64,000 nt of DNA, taken from the IMG/VR virus record IMGVR_UViG_3300029319_000002, positions 1 to 64,000 of that record. One strand, 5' to 3'. Positions 25,081 to 36,000 of this stretch are shown piece after piece; the first letter of the stretch is position 1, and each line of letters starts with the position of its first letter. The notes below the pieces were generated by a model, which saw only the letters and a program-made list of their open reading frames with translations, was not told the DNA's origin and did no database searches. The position numbers and the translations under genes were made by a program. This DNA comes from a virus.

Positions 25081-27395
25081 TGTCATTAGGATCAATTAAA
25101 AGAAAAATAAACGCAAAGACATTATTAGGTCAATCCTCAGTTTTACGAGAGAACAGTGAGGTATTAAAAAAAGGTGTCAAAAAGTTAGCAGTAATATTAA
25201 CTGAAAGAAAGAAGATTAGTCCATCAACATTGATGGCAACAAAAAAACCCGAAGTTGTAGAACAGAAAAGAATTGGTCCAGGTGAATATGATAAACCTGA
25301 GGGTGGTGGATTTCCCCTTGGTCCTTTGTTGGCAGGACTCGGTGCATTAGGTGCTGCAGTAGGACTTGCCGCACTGGATCCAAAAATGTTTTTAAGGAGA
25401 TTTGCAAGAGCATCTCTTAAAGCACTTAAAAATCTTATCGAGAGGTTACTAAAAACATTTAAAGGTGTTATAGAATCTATAGGGAAAGTATTTAAAAAAA
25501 TATTTAATGCAATTGCAGAGAATGTAAAGAAACTAAAGAATCTCATAGACGATAAACTTCTAAAACCATTACGAGAAGCATTTGAGAATGCTATTAATAG
25601 TAAGTGGTTTGCGAAGTTGCGAGGATTTTTTGATGATATTGCAGAATCTGTAAAAACTTTTATTAAGAATTCAGCAGAGAGATTTAAAACATTTGCTGAT
25701 GATATTTTCAAAAGAGTAAAAACTTTTACTGATGATGTTATTGAAGGTGCAATAATAGCATTCAAAAAAATTCTTGATGATATTGCTGACAAGATATTAA
25801 AACCACTCAAATCTGTAGTGCTTGAATTTGTTGAACGCACTAAGAACTTTTTGAAGGATGGTGTAAAAAATATTGGACAAACAATTGCCGAAAGAGCAGG
25901 TAAAGAAAGTTTTGGTGAAGTAATCGAAGTTGTAAGTGATACATTATTAAAGAATTTTGATAATACTGTAGATGGTATTATTGGTTTTGTAAAAAAACCT
26001 GTTGATGCTCTACAAGGATCTCTTAAAGCATTAGGTGATGCTGGAATTGGTATAGTTAAAGTTAGAAGTCTTCCAGGTTTTGAAATAGTAGAAAATACTG
26101 TTGCTAATATATCAAAATCTCTTGACGGTATAGGTAGAAATGTAAAGTCTGCTGTAAGAGATATCCCTAAACAAGTTGGTGAATTAGTTACTGATATAAA
26201 AGCAGGAAATACTCCTGTCCAAAAAGCATTTGGATTTGTTGCACAACAATTCGATCCCGAAGTAATGGTATCGAGATTCGGTAAAGGATTAGATTTTATT
26301 AAGGGAGTAGGATCTCAAATTGGTGGTGCAGTATCTACTATGAAGGAGGGATTATCTCAATTAAACATTGTAGAGCAAGCATCAAAATTTAAAAATGATA
26401 TGGTTGCTAATGTGGGTGGATTCATTGGTGATTTAAAAACTTCCGTAACTAATAATATTCAAAATACCATTTCTGGTGTATTTGGAAAGAGTAATACTCA
26501 ACAACAAATTCTAGGTCAAGCAGAATCTGCTATTCAGCAAATATCTAAAGATGCAAAACCCGGATTAAAGGCAGTTAAGGGTGCTAGTGATCAAGCCACT
26601 AAAGTATTTGATTTATTTGGTCCACTAAAGAGTGGGTGGAGAGAAGCAACAGGTAAGTTTGAGCAACTTTTTGCACTTGCTGAATTTGCAGTTTCATATG
26701 GGTCTGCAATTGATGCTCAAAAGAGAGAAGCAGAAGGAGGACCCCCTGCAAAATTTATGGGAAGTGATATAAAAGGACAGACGATGGGTGATGCTATTCT
26801 AAGTGTATTGGGTGCGTTTGGTGGTTCTGCTATCGGATCTGCATTAGGAACTCAAATTGGTGCTACCATTGGTGCTGCTGTTGGAGCACCGGTTTTTGGT
26901 GTTGGTGCTGCGGTCGGTGCAGGTGTTGGTGGATCATTATTTGGATTTTTAGGATCTGTTCTTGGTGGTATAATTGGTGAAGATATTGGTAAACTAACTT
27001 CTTCAGCAATTGCAGATAGAGTTACTATTCCCGATCCATTCTTAGAAGATAGAAATCTATTTTCTAAAGAAGGTAGAAGTGATTTAACAGTTTTAGGTAT
27101 GTTTGGATTGGGAGAACCTGCTCCTACTGAAGAACAACCTCAAGGTGGATTTGGTAATCTTGCACCTAAACCAGTGAAGATGACCCGTGATTTCCAATCC
27201 ATGGAAGATTACACCGAATACATTACAGATACTGAGGTTGTGATTATTACCAAAGAAAATGTGGTAAATAATGTTGTACAAACACCTATGGTTCAGCAAA
27301 GTAAAGGTGGCATGATTCCTATACCTATTGGTTCTGGTGAATCAGTGTTAGATAATTTTAGATCCAGAGCACTTTCTCAATTAGCATATACCTAA
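25080..27395 (+). CDS. Tape-measure-like protein
   Basis: Long amphipathic helices (about 11-aa periodicity) and a Gly/Ala-rich hydrophobic segment. Confidence 0.7.
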   Translation: MSLGSIKRKINAKTLLGQSSVLRENSEVLKKGVKKLAVILTERKKISPSTLMATKKPEVVEQKRIGPGEYDKPEGGGFPLGPLLAGLGALGAAVGLAALDPKMFLRRFARASLKALKNLIERLLKTFKGVIESIGKVFKKIFNAIAENVKKLKNLIDDKLLKPLREAFENAINSKWFAKLRGFFDDIAESVKTFIKNSAERFKTFADDIFKRVKTFTDDVIEGAIIAFKKILDDIADKILKPLKSVVLEFVERTKNFLKDGVKNIGQTIAERAGKESFGEVIEVVSDTLLKNFDNTVDGIIGFVKKPVDALQGSLKALGDAGIGIVKVRSLPGFEIVENTVANISKSLDGIGRNVKSAVRDIPKQVGELVTDIKAGNTPVQKAFGFVAQQFDPEVMVSRFGKGLDFIKGVGSQIGGAVSTMKEGLSQLNIVEQASKFKNDMVANVGGFIGDLKTSVTNNIQNTISGVFGKSNTQQQILGQAESAIQQISKDAKPGLKAVKGASDQATKVFDLFGPLKSGWREATGKFEQLFALAEFAVSYGSAIDAQKREAEGGPPAKFMGSDIKGQTMGDAILSVLGAFGGSAIGSALGTQIGATIGAAVGAPVFGVGAAVGAGVGGSLFGFLGSVLGGIIGEDIGKLTSSAIADRVTIPDPFLEDRNLFSKEGRSDLTVLGMFGLGEPAPTEEQPQGGFGNLAPKPVKMTRDFQSMEDYTEYITDTEVVIITKENVVNNVVQTPMVQQSKGGMIPIPIGSGESVLDNFRSRALSQLAYT

Positions 27396-28672
27396 TGTCC
27401 GTCAATAATACTTCTTACAATATAAAAAAATTTGATGTTGGTGATTATGATATTTCTCCTAACATTGCTCATATTAAGTACTATGAGAGTGTTCTTTCAC
27501 CTGCAATTATTTTTGAAGTAATTATTGCTGAAAGTGAAGGTCTATTGAGTGGATCTAGAGGTGGTGGTGGATTACTTGGTGGTGAAGAATGTTTGATTGA
27601 TATTTCCACATCTAGCACTGGAAATGAGGAAGCAAGTAAATTTACATTCTTAGAAAAAGAAAAATTATATCTTAGGCAAATTCTTAATGCAGATCCTAGT
27701 TCTCAGAATAATGTTTATACATTAATCATTACAACTGCAGGAGCACTGATTAACGAAACTAGCAGATGTACAATGAGATATGAAGGTAAAATTTCTGATA
27801 TTGTTGCAACAATTGCAGGAAATAGTTTTGCATCTTCAAGTGACGTAAATATTGAAATAGAAGAGACTGAAAATACATATGCATTCATCGGTAATGCAAG
27901 AAAACCTTTCCATACAATTACATGGTTAGCAAAGAAATCTATTCCCTCTGGTAGTTTCGGCAATAAAAATACAGAAGGTTCTGCAGGATTTTTCTTTTAT
28001 GAAGATCGTGATGGATATAAGTTTAGAAGTGTTGATAGTCTTTGTACTCCTCCTGATACAGATGTTATTCCACTATTTGAACAATCAGAATTAAGTGAAC
28101 CAAATAAAGATAATAGATATAGAATTCTAAGTGCTAGTTTTGATTCCAACACTGATCTGCTTGAAAATCTACGACTAGGAATGTACTCCAACGTAAACTA
28201 TTTTTGGAATGCGTTTGATCAAACAACACAATGCTATCAATACAATTTACAGGATAATTACGGCACTAATATAAAAACTTTAGAGAGCACTGCATCTCCA
28301 TATTCAGTTCCTTTGGGACTAGAAGAGTCACCATCGAGAATTATGTTCTCTATTTTAGATACTGGATGTTTGGAAAAAACTGGATTTATTGAAAACCAAG
28401 AATATTATATTCAAAATCAACCTAAATATCAGGCGCAGGCTGTTGTTAGGTATAACTTAATTTTTTCACAAACAGTAACAATTACTATTCCTATCAATAC
28501 AACATTAAGAATTGGAAATGTTATCAAATGCAATTTTTTGCAGACAGGTGCTGATGGAAGAGATAAACTAAGAAGTGGTAATTATTTGATTGCTGAAATA
28601 TCACATCAATTTTCAGATAATGCTGCATATACTGGACTAAAATTAATTAGAGATTCCTATTCGGAGGTATAA
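27395..28672 (+). CDS. Baseplate hub protein (gp27/late control D-like)
   Basis: FFFYEDRDGYKFRSVD, LRIGNVI, SGNYLIAEISH; position before gp5. Confidence 0.6.
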   Translation: MSVNNTSYNIKKFDVGDYDISPNIAHIKYYESVLSPAIIFEVIIAESEGLLSGSRGGGGLLGGEECLIDISTSSTGNEEASKFTFLEKEKLYLRQILNADPSSQNNVYTLIITTAGALINETSRCTMRYEGKISDIVATIAGNSFASSSDVNIEIEETENTYAFIGNARKPFHTITWLAKKSIPSGSFGNKNTEGSAGFFFYEDRDGYKFRSVDSLCTPPDTDVIPLFEQSELSEPNKDNRYRILSASFDSNTDLLENLRLGMYSNVNYFWNAFDQTTQCYQYNLQDNYGTNIKTLESTASPYSVPLGLEESPSRIMFSILDTGCLEKTGFIENQEYYIQNQPKYQAQAVVRYNLIFSQTVTITIPINTTLRIGNVIKCNFLQTGADGRDKLRSGNYLIAEISHQFSDNAAYTGLKLIRDSYSEV

Positions 28673-28676
28673 ACCA

Positions 28677-28904
28677 ATGGAAAACATCGAAGCACACATC
28701 AAAAAAGATAAAGAGATCCTACAAGATCCAACAACGTCTCCTCAAGCACGTCGTCACGTAGAGGAAGAATTACATGAATTAGAAGTTTATGTAAAAAATC
28801 ACAAGGAAGAGATTGAAGCAGGAGATCATCATGATCCCTCACCTCTTGAACTTTATTGTGAGGTGGAACCAGGTGCTCCTGAATGTAAGGTACATGACAA
28901 TTGA
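28677..28904 (+). CDS. cp12: Calvin-cycle inhibitor CP12
   Basis: C-terminal LELYCEVEPGAPECKVHDN (CP12 Cys pair); HVEEEL core. Confidence 0.9.
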   Translation: MENIEAHIKKDKEILQDPTTSPQARRHVEEELHELEVYVKNHKEEIEAGDHHDPSPLELYCEVEPGAPECKVHDN

Positions 28905-28910
28905 TAACAA

Positions 28911-31139
28911 ATGATTTCTAACGATTATCTTCAAAGCAATTACTTAGGAAGAGATGGATTTACGTGGTGGGTTGGTCAAATTGCTGATCCCGACAAATCT
29001 GGGTGGGGTAATGCTAAAGAATCTCAAAATAAGAGAAGATTTGATCCTGACATACAAGACCTCCCTGAGCATGAAGTTTATGAAAGAAGATGTAAGGTTA
29101 GAATTTTTGGATATCACACAATTTCAGATAAAGATGGGTATGTTCTCAAGGATTCTGATCTTCCTTGGGCACATATCCTAGTTCCCTCAGGTATGGGAAG
29201 TGGTATTCATGGTCTTGGAATTACACATGAATACCAGGGTGGGGAAAATGTTTTGGGATTTTTCTTAGATGGGGATGATGCCCAACAACCAGTAATCATT
29301 GGTAGTTTTGCTAGAGGACTACAGACGGGTGATGTAAAAAACACACCACCATCAGAAAAAAAAGATGAGTCTGATTGCACCATAAAACCATTTAAACCAG
29401 TTCTTAACACTGGAGAAATGAGACATCAGCATCTATTTAAGGATCCGAAACTGAAAAATAGTCCTACAGGAAAAGATTACGAGGATGCAAACACTGGACA
29501 GAAGAAAACTGCTAATCAATCTGATGGTCAGTCAACTATGGATGCCATTGCTGGTGGAAATAGTGATGAAACCGGAGACAAAGCAGCTGCTAAATTAGTT
29601 GCCCCTGTTAATGTTACAAGACCCGGAGTTGGAAAGGGTGATGATGATGACGATTCAGTGAGTAGTTTACTGGGAGAAATGGAAGGACACTTGAATTCTG
29701 CTATAAAAACTTTACAAGCTGTTCAAAAATATAAAGAAGTTTATTTTGATTCTACTGTAAATACAATTAATTCTTTAGGAAATCAAATTGGTGGACAGGT
29801 AAAAGCAATTGCAGGATTAATTAGAAAAGTACTTGAAATTGTAAAAGGTGAACTGGTTGATCTGTTTAATATTGCCTTTACTGAGGCACAAGTGCTTTTA
29901 CCAGAAACATTTAAACCTATCTTAGGATTAACTTTTAATGAATTGATAGAGGTTGTTCTTTGTGTATTTGATCAATTCCTTGAATTAGGAGTATTTGATA
30001 AAATTTTTGATATAATTTCTAAAAATATTTTAGGCAATATCCTAGATGCTCTTCTTTGTGCAGTTGAAAATATATTAACAGAAATTTTAAATGAATTCTT
30101 ACAACCAATTTTTGATGCTATTAAAGGAACTTTAAAAGCATTAGGTACTTTGTTAGGCACAGTTGGAAATTTTATGGGTGAAGCAATTAGTAAAGCTTTC
30201 AGTATTTTTGAAAATATTTTATCTTTCTTTAAATGTGCTCCCTCAAGATTTCGAGGTCCTGAATCAGCTGGATGGGAATTATCAGGTCCAAGTAAAATAG
30301 AAAAAAATAATTTTGCTAATATTTTAGGTAATATTAAAATTCCTGAAATCCCACTACCACCTGGATTAGATGAATCAAAGAGAGAATCTTTAAAATGTGA
30401 CGCTAATATCGCATACTTATTCCCACCAAAAGTGGAATTTAGTTTTGGAAATGCGCTAGGTCAAGCTTTTGTTAGTGATGGAAAAGTTATTGGAATTTTC
30501 TTAGTAGAACCCGGAAAAGGATATTCTCCACTTACACCACCAGCAATTTCAATTAAACAACCTGGAAACTATGGAACTGGTGGCGGAGCAAAAGCTATTG
30601 CTATTGTTGGTCCTGATGGAAGTATTGAAAATGTGTGTCTAACGAGTCCAGGAACTGGTTATGTATCAACACCAGAAGTTGCCGCAACTTCTATTTCATC
30701 GTTAGAGGAAGAAGATTTTGGATTATTGCCTTTACCAAAAACTTCCGATCAAGTTGATGCCATTCCATATTTAAAAGACATCTATATTAAGTTTCCCGGT
30801 TCTGGATATAAAGATACCGACACCGTTTTAATTAATAATGAAGATCCCTCAAAATATGGACTTAAGTTGGAAATGGATACTGGACCAACTGGTTTCATTT
30901 CAGAAATAAATATTCAAAACAATAATAATACACCACCCGTATTTAGAAATTTACCACAGATATCCATATTATCTGATACTGGATCTGGTGCTATAGCAGT
31001 AGGATGTTTAGGATTTATGATTGTAGAAACTCAGAAAAAAGATGATTCAGGTAATATTGTAGCAACCACTGCTGATGGACAAACCATAGCAGTGAATGCT
31101 AGTGACATCAAAACTTCAGTCAACTGCTTCTTACAATAA
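28911..31139 (+). CDS. gp5: Baseplate hub/spike protein gp5 (OB-fold; no lysozyme domain seen)
   Basis: GRDGFTWWVGQI, RCKVRIFGYH, LPWA, V.GFFLDG..AQQPVI.GS. Confidence 0.9.
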   Translation: MISNDYLQSNYLGRDGFTWWVGQIADPDKSGWGNAKESQNKRRFDPDIQDLPEHEVYERRCKVRIFGYHTISDKDGYVLKDSDLPWAHILVPSGMGSGIHGLGITHEYQGGENVLGFFLDGDDAQQPVIIGSFARGLQTGDVKNTPPSEKKDESDCTIKPFKPVLNTGEMRHQHLFKDPKLKNSPTGKDYEDANTGQKKTANQSDGQSTMDAIAGGNSDETGDKAAAKLVAPVNVTRPGVGKGDDDDDSVSSLLGEMEGHLNSAIKTLQAVQKYKEVYFDSTVNTINSLGNQIGGQVKAIAGLIRKVLEIVKGELVDLFNIAFTEAQVLLPETFKPILGLTFNELIEVVLCVFDQFLELGVFDKIFDIISKNILGNILDALLCAVENILTEILNEFLQPIFDAIKGTLKALGTLLGTVGNFMGEAISKAFSIFENILSFFKCAPSRFRGPESAGWELSGPSKIEKNNFANILGNIKIPEIPLPPGLDESKRESLKCDANIAYLFPPKVEFSFGNALGQAFVSDGKVIGIFLVEPGKGYSPLTPPAISIKQPGNYGTGGGAKAIAIVGPDGSIENVCLTSPGTGYVSTPEVAATSISSLEEEDFGLLPLPKTSDQVDAIPYLKDIYIKFPGSGYKDTDTVLINNEDPSKYGLKLEMDTGPTGFISEINIQNNNNTPPVFRNLPQISILSDTGSGAIAVGCLGFMIVETQKKDDSGNIVATTADGQTIAVNASDIKTSVNCFLQ

Positions 31140-31765
31140 TGACAGAGAAAAATATACATACAGAGACTCACGAACTCTATAGAGTTGAAAGTGGAGTCAA
31201 GGCAGATAGTCCAGATTTAGGTGAATGTTATTATAAAGTAACTTGTGGTGATACTAGTGGATTTGCATTTTACCAAGATGGAGAGCATATTCTTAATGCT
31301 AGAAAAGTTTCAATTGAAAAAGTAGGAACCGATGTTGCAGAAGTTGGAAAACGACATAATGATACAAAGACCTTTGCCCCTTCAAAAATAATTCTTGCAG
31401 AAAGTGGTGACATTTATTTTGAAGCAAGGGGTGGTGATATTATTATGAAAGGAAACAATATCATTATGCACGCTAATGGATCTGAAAATGATGAAGGTCA
31501 TGTATTCATCAGTGCCACTAATAGATTAATTGCTGAAGGATCGAATGTAGATATGAGAGCTTTTTCTGGAAGTTTTAAAATTACTTCAAAGACGGGTTTG
31601 GCAGTAAAAGGTGGAACCACTTTAATAGGTGGATCTAGTATTGATATTCAAGAAGGATTGGGAGTTAGTCCTACAGCTTTCGTATCAAGTATTATCACTG
31701 GTAAAATATTTACACCAACAAAGTTTCTGAAAATATTCCAAAATTTCTTAGTAGGTAAAAAGTAA
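31139..31765 (+). CDS. gp5 C-terminal-like beta-strand protein
   Basis: TAATG coupling; beta-rich, resembles spike beta-helix segments. Confidence 0.5.
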   Translation: MTEKNIHTETHELYRVESGVKADSPDLGECYYKVTCGDTSGFAFYQDGEHILNARKVSIEKVGTDVAEVGKRHNDTKTFAPSKIILAESGDIYFEARGGDIIMKGNNIIMHANGSENDEGHVFISATNRLIAEGSNVDMRAFSGSFKITSKTGLAVKGGTTLIGGSSIDIQEGLGVSPTAFVSSIITGKIFTPTKFLKIFQNFLVGKK

Positions 31766-31766
31766 A

Positions 31767-32714
31767 ATGGCAAGAGTTAACGAATTACAAACACCAAAAT
31801 TAGTTGTAGGATTAGATGTAATACCTAATATCGCACATTCTGGTCAGGCATACATAAATGGACCTTTGGTTGTAGGAGCACCAATTTTACCTACAGCTGC
31901 ATTAGCAATCAATTTACCAACGGTCCCCTCTTTAGGTGCTTATTCGGCACAGCAAAATGCAATTGGATTGAAAATTATTTCACCAACCACAGGATTTATT
32001 GTCACTGCTCCTGCAAGCATTATCAATGGAATCTTAACAACTAATGGTATAAAAGTTGTCAATGGAACTAAAACAACCAATGGACTAGACACAAAAAATG
32101 GTCTGAGTGTCAAGAACGATGTTGCCATTGGTAATGGTAAGAAGATTGAAAATAGTGGTCAAATCACAAATGGAGGTACAGTTCTCAATGGTGGAGCTGT
32201 TATCAATGGAGGATTAGTTGTAAATGGTATAATTACTGGAACTACAACTGGAAATAAGGTCAGTTTTGATATTCCACACGCAACAAAAAAAGGAAAAAGA
32301 ATTAGACATATTGTCGCAGAAGGTCCAGAAGCAGGAATTTATATTCGTGGAAAGTTGAAAGGAAACGTCATAGATTTGCCAGAATATTGGAATGGACTTG
32401 TAGATCCCGAAACAATTACCGTAACTTTAACTGCTTTTGGAAGACCACAAAATTTATATGTAAAAGACATTCCATATGGAAGACAAATCATTATTGCAAA
32501 TGAAGATGGAACTATGCCAGATTGTCATTATGAAGTGTGGGTTGCTAGATGGTTAGATAAAGATAATCACGAAGATAAATTACATGTTGTTTACGATGGT
32601 GAATGCTATGATGATTATCCGGGAAATAATGATGTATTTTGGAAACTAACCGACACTCCAATACCCACCAAAAGAACTGGCACACCCCCTGTAGACACCG
32701 ACCCCGAAACCTGA
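31767..32714 (+). CDS. Spike/needle-like protein with 6-residue NG repeats and C-terminal chaperone-like domain
   Basis: NGIKVV-NGTKTT-NGLDTK-NGLSVK...; FDIPH...GPEAGIYIRG...LPEYW. Confidence 0.6.
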   Translation: MARVNELQTPKLVVGLDVIPNIAHSGQAYINGPLVVGAPILPTAALAINLPTVPSLGAYSAQQNAIGLKIISPTTGFIVTAPASIINGILTTNGIKVVNGTKTTNGLDTKNGLSVKNDVAIGNGKKIENSGQITNGGTVLNGGAVINGGLVVNGIITGTTTGNKVSFDIPHATKKGKRIRHIVAEGPEAGIYIRGKLKGNVIDLPEYWNGLVDPETITVTLTAFGRPQNLYVKDIPYGRQIIIANEDGTMPDCHYEVWVARWLDKDNHEDKLHVVYDGECYDDYPGNNDVFWKLTDTPIPTKRTGTPPVDTDPET

Positions 32715-32744
32715 TATAATACATAGGTACACAACTCCAATTCA

Positions 32745-32960
32745 ATGGAAGACATTTTTCAATCTACTGGTTCTGACGACGAGTATCTGGTTCGTTTTGT
32801 AGTCAACCCCATGCGTAAATGCTTTGATCTTTACGGCAGTGAAGGTAGTCATCAAACTGTTGAGTGTGATACTGAAAAATTCATGGACATTCTGAGATTC
32901 ACCCGTGATATTTTGGAAGAGCAGGGAAGTTGTGAAATGGTTTATGTAAATCCTCTTTGA
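32745..32960 (+). CDS. Hypothetical protein
   Basis: 71-aa ORF between spike and fibre genes. Confidence 0.65.
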   Translation: MEDIFQSTGSDDEYLVRFVVNPMRKCFDLYGSEGSHQTVECDTEKFMDILRFTRDILEEQGSCEMVYVNPL

Positions 32961-32987
32961 TGTAATCGGATACTAGATTTCTTCTGT

Positions 32988-32994
32988 CTAAATA
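32988..32994 (+). promoter_or_regulatory. Late promoter
   Basis: CTAAATA 30 nt before the fibre gene start. Confidence 0.7.
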
Positions 32995-33024
32995 CATTAG
33001 AAGAAAAATTTAGTATTCAGATAA

Positions 33025-36000
33025 ATGCCTCTCAGTAGACTAGAGAACTTTATAAAGAACGTCGAAGGTACTATTCTTTATGTAAATCCAACCGATCAAG
33101 ATGCTACTGATAGTATCGAAAATCAGGGTAATTCTTTAACTAGACCCTTCAAGACGATTCAAAGAGCTTTAATAGAAGCTGCTAGGTTTTCTTTTGTCGC
33201 TGGGAAAGATAATGATAAGTTCGACAAGACAACCATTCTGGTTTATCCAGGAACTCATAAGATTGATAATCGTCCTGGATTAAGTATTGATAATAATGGT
33301 GGAACCGCACAATATAAGGATAGATTTGGTAATATAGCATCTTTTGGTGAATTAACTGCATCATCAAACTTTGATATTGAGGACTCTGCTAACGTACTAC
33401 ATTACTTTAACTCTGTTAGTGGTGGTGTAATTATTCCTAGGGGTACATCTCTAGTTGGTATGGATCTTAGAAAAACTAAGATTTCTCCATTATTTGTACC
33501 TGATCCTCAAAATAGTGAGATTGATAGAGCTGCCATCTTTAAAGTAACTGGTGGATGTTATTTTTGGCAGTTTAGTATCTTTGATGGAGATCCAAACGGA
33601 ACTGTATATAAAAATTATTCAAATACAAGATTCACACCCAACTATTCTCACCACAAACTAACTTGTTTTGAGTATGCTGATGGAAATAACACTATTGAGT
33701 TGGGTGCAGTAACTGGAGGTTCTGCAGTCTCAAATAATCAGACAGATTTAGATAGTTACTACTTTAAAGTATCTAATGCTTATGGTTCAAGTTCGGGAAG
33801 AGCAATACCTTCTTGGCCTACAAATGAAGTTCTACAACCAAAATTAGCAGAGAATCAAATCGTTGGTGCTGTACAAGCAGATGCGATTGGTATTACTAGT
33901 GTATTTTCTACTAATAACACTGATTACACATTCAGTGGTGCTGTTGGAAAGAATGTCGTTGTTACAACAACTATCGCCCATAATCTAAATGTCGGAACTC
34001 CTATTATTGTTTCTGGCATTACAACAAATTCTAGCGCCCCTTCAAGTGATCCTACATTTAATGCTGAGGGTGGTACTGTGGTAGCAGAAGTGCTCTCACC
34101 AACTCAGTTTGCTTTTGTAGCATCTGAAGACACTGTAGTCACTAATCCTCATCTATCTGGAGACGAAACCGTACAGGTAGAACCTGATACTGTAACTGGT
34201 GCATCACCATATATCTTTAATCTCAGTCTCAGATCGGTTTATGGTGTCAATGGACTACATGCTGACGGATCTAAAGCAACTGGATTTAAATCCATGGTTC
34301 TCGCTCAGTTTACGGGAATCGGCCTTCAGAAGGATGATAACGCCTTCTTACTTTATAATAGTACCACAGGAACATATAACGATACTACAACAGTTGCTGA
34401 TAGTGAAAAACCATTACATATCAACTCAAAGGCAATTTATAAACCAGAATATGAGACCACTCACGTAAAGGTAAGTAATGGTGCTGTCCTCCAATGTGTT
34501 TCTATTTTCGCAATTGGTTTTGCCAATCACTTCCTTGCTGCTAGTGGCGGAGACCAAAGTATTACCAACTCAAACTCAAATTTTGGCGCAAAAGCTCTAA
34601 TTGCTAGAGGATTTAGAGATGCTGCTTTTGCAAGAGATAATAGTGGTTATATTACTCATATCATTCCACCAAAGAATGTAGTTAAAGAGGAAGAATCTAG
34701 TTTCTGGGTTCCTTTAGATGTTGGTCTAACTACGTCACACACTGTTGGAACTGGTAGTTCTGACAGATTATATACTTTTGGATATAGTGATGAAGATGTT
34801 CCACCAACTCATATTATTGATCAATTCAGAATTGGTTCCAGAGTTGCAGATCAATTAAAATTAGAAGTTAGTAATGTAACTCAAACTGCAAATATTGTGA
34901 TGGAAGGTAGTACTATTGCTACTAGTCAGAAAATTTCATTTGTTGCCAAAAATACTGCAGGAACTGCAAATAGTATTACTGAATCTACAGGATCTATTTT
35001 TGGATTAACGGGATCTCATGAATTTGCAGATGGGGAAACTGTAAGAATTCTATCGGATGATGGCATTATTCCTGATGGTATTGAACTAGATCAGAAGTAT
35101 TTTGTTATCAAGACTGGTCTAAATGCAGATCAAATCAAACTTGCAAAAACTTTCAACGAAGCAGTTTCTAGTAATACAAGTGCTATTGAAAATGTAAATA
35201 CCACTGGTGGATCACTTAGAATTATTAGTGCGGTTTCCGATAAATTCCCAGGGGATCCAGGACATCCAATTCAGTATGATACGACAAAAAATAACTGGTA
35301 CATTAATGTTAAGGGTGATGCTACTAATAAAATTTATAAAGCAATTGAGAATTCAACCACTAAGGTAACAAGTAAATCTTTCATTAGCAGGAAGTCTGAT
35401 AATAGAAACTTAGATGATAGAATTTATAAAATTAGATATGTAATTCCTAAGGAATTCCTAAACGCAAAACCACCTGCTGCAGGATATGTTCTTCAAGAAT
35501 CTAGCAGCACCATTGTAGAAAATACAAGTGAGTATTCTGCAAGTATTGCAAATCTAACTGATTTTAGAAATTTAAAAGTTATTCATGATATTGATTACAG
35601 TTCATCTTTGGGAATTGCGACTGTTACTTCAGAAATTCCTCATAGAATAACTTCCGGTGCAAAGGTTAAACTTAATAAAGTTTCAAGTTCTAATAATACT
35701 ACAGCAGCTGATAAAAAAGGATTCAATGGAATTTTTGATGTTCAGAGTGTTGTAGATAGCAAAACATTTACTATTAATGTTCCTACTGTAAGAGATCCAG
35801 GAAATTTCTTAAGTAATAGACCTGCTGCAATAACAGATAGAGATGAAAACCATCCTAACTTTTCTATTAATCAATATTCGGAAGTTTATTACATCTATAG
35901 GGTAAATGAAATATCTGAATATCAAGAAAATATTCAAGATGGTGTATATCATTTAACTTGTCTATTGGGTAGTGTTAATCCAACTTCAAGTTTCTTTGCT

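Noticed and set aside
25130-25840. 236-aa minus-strand ORF, and similar antisense ORFs inside gnd, gp32 and the fibre genes
   Set aside because: Antisense shadows caused by codon bias of well-supported plus-strand genes
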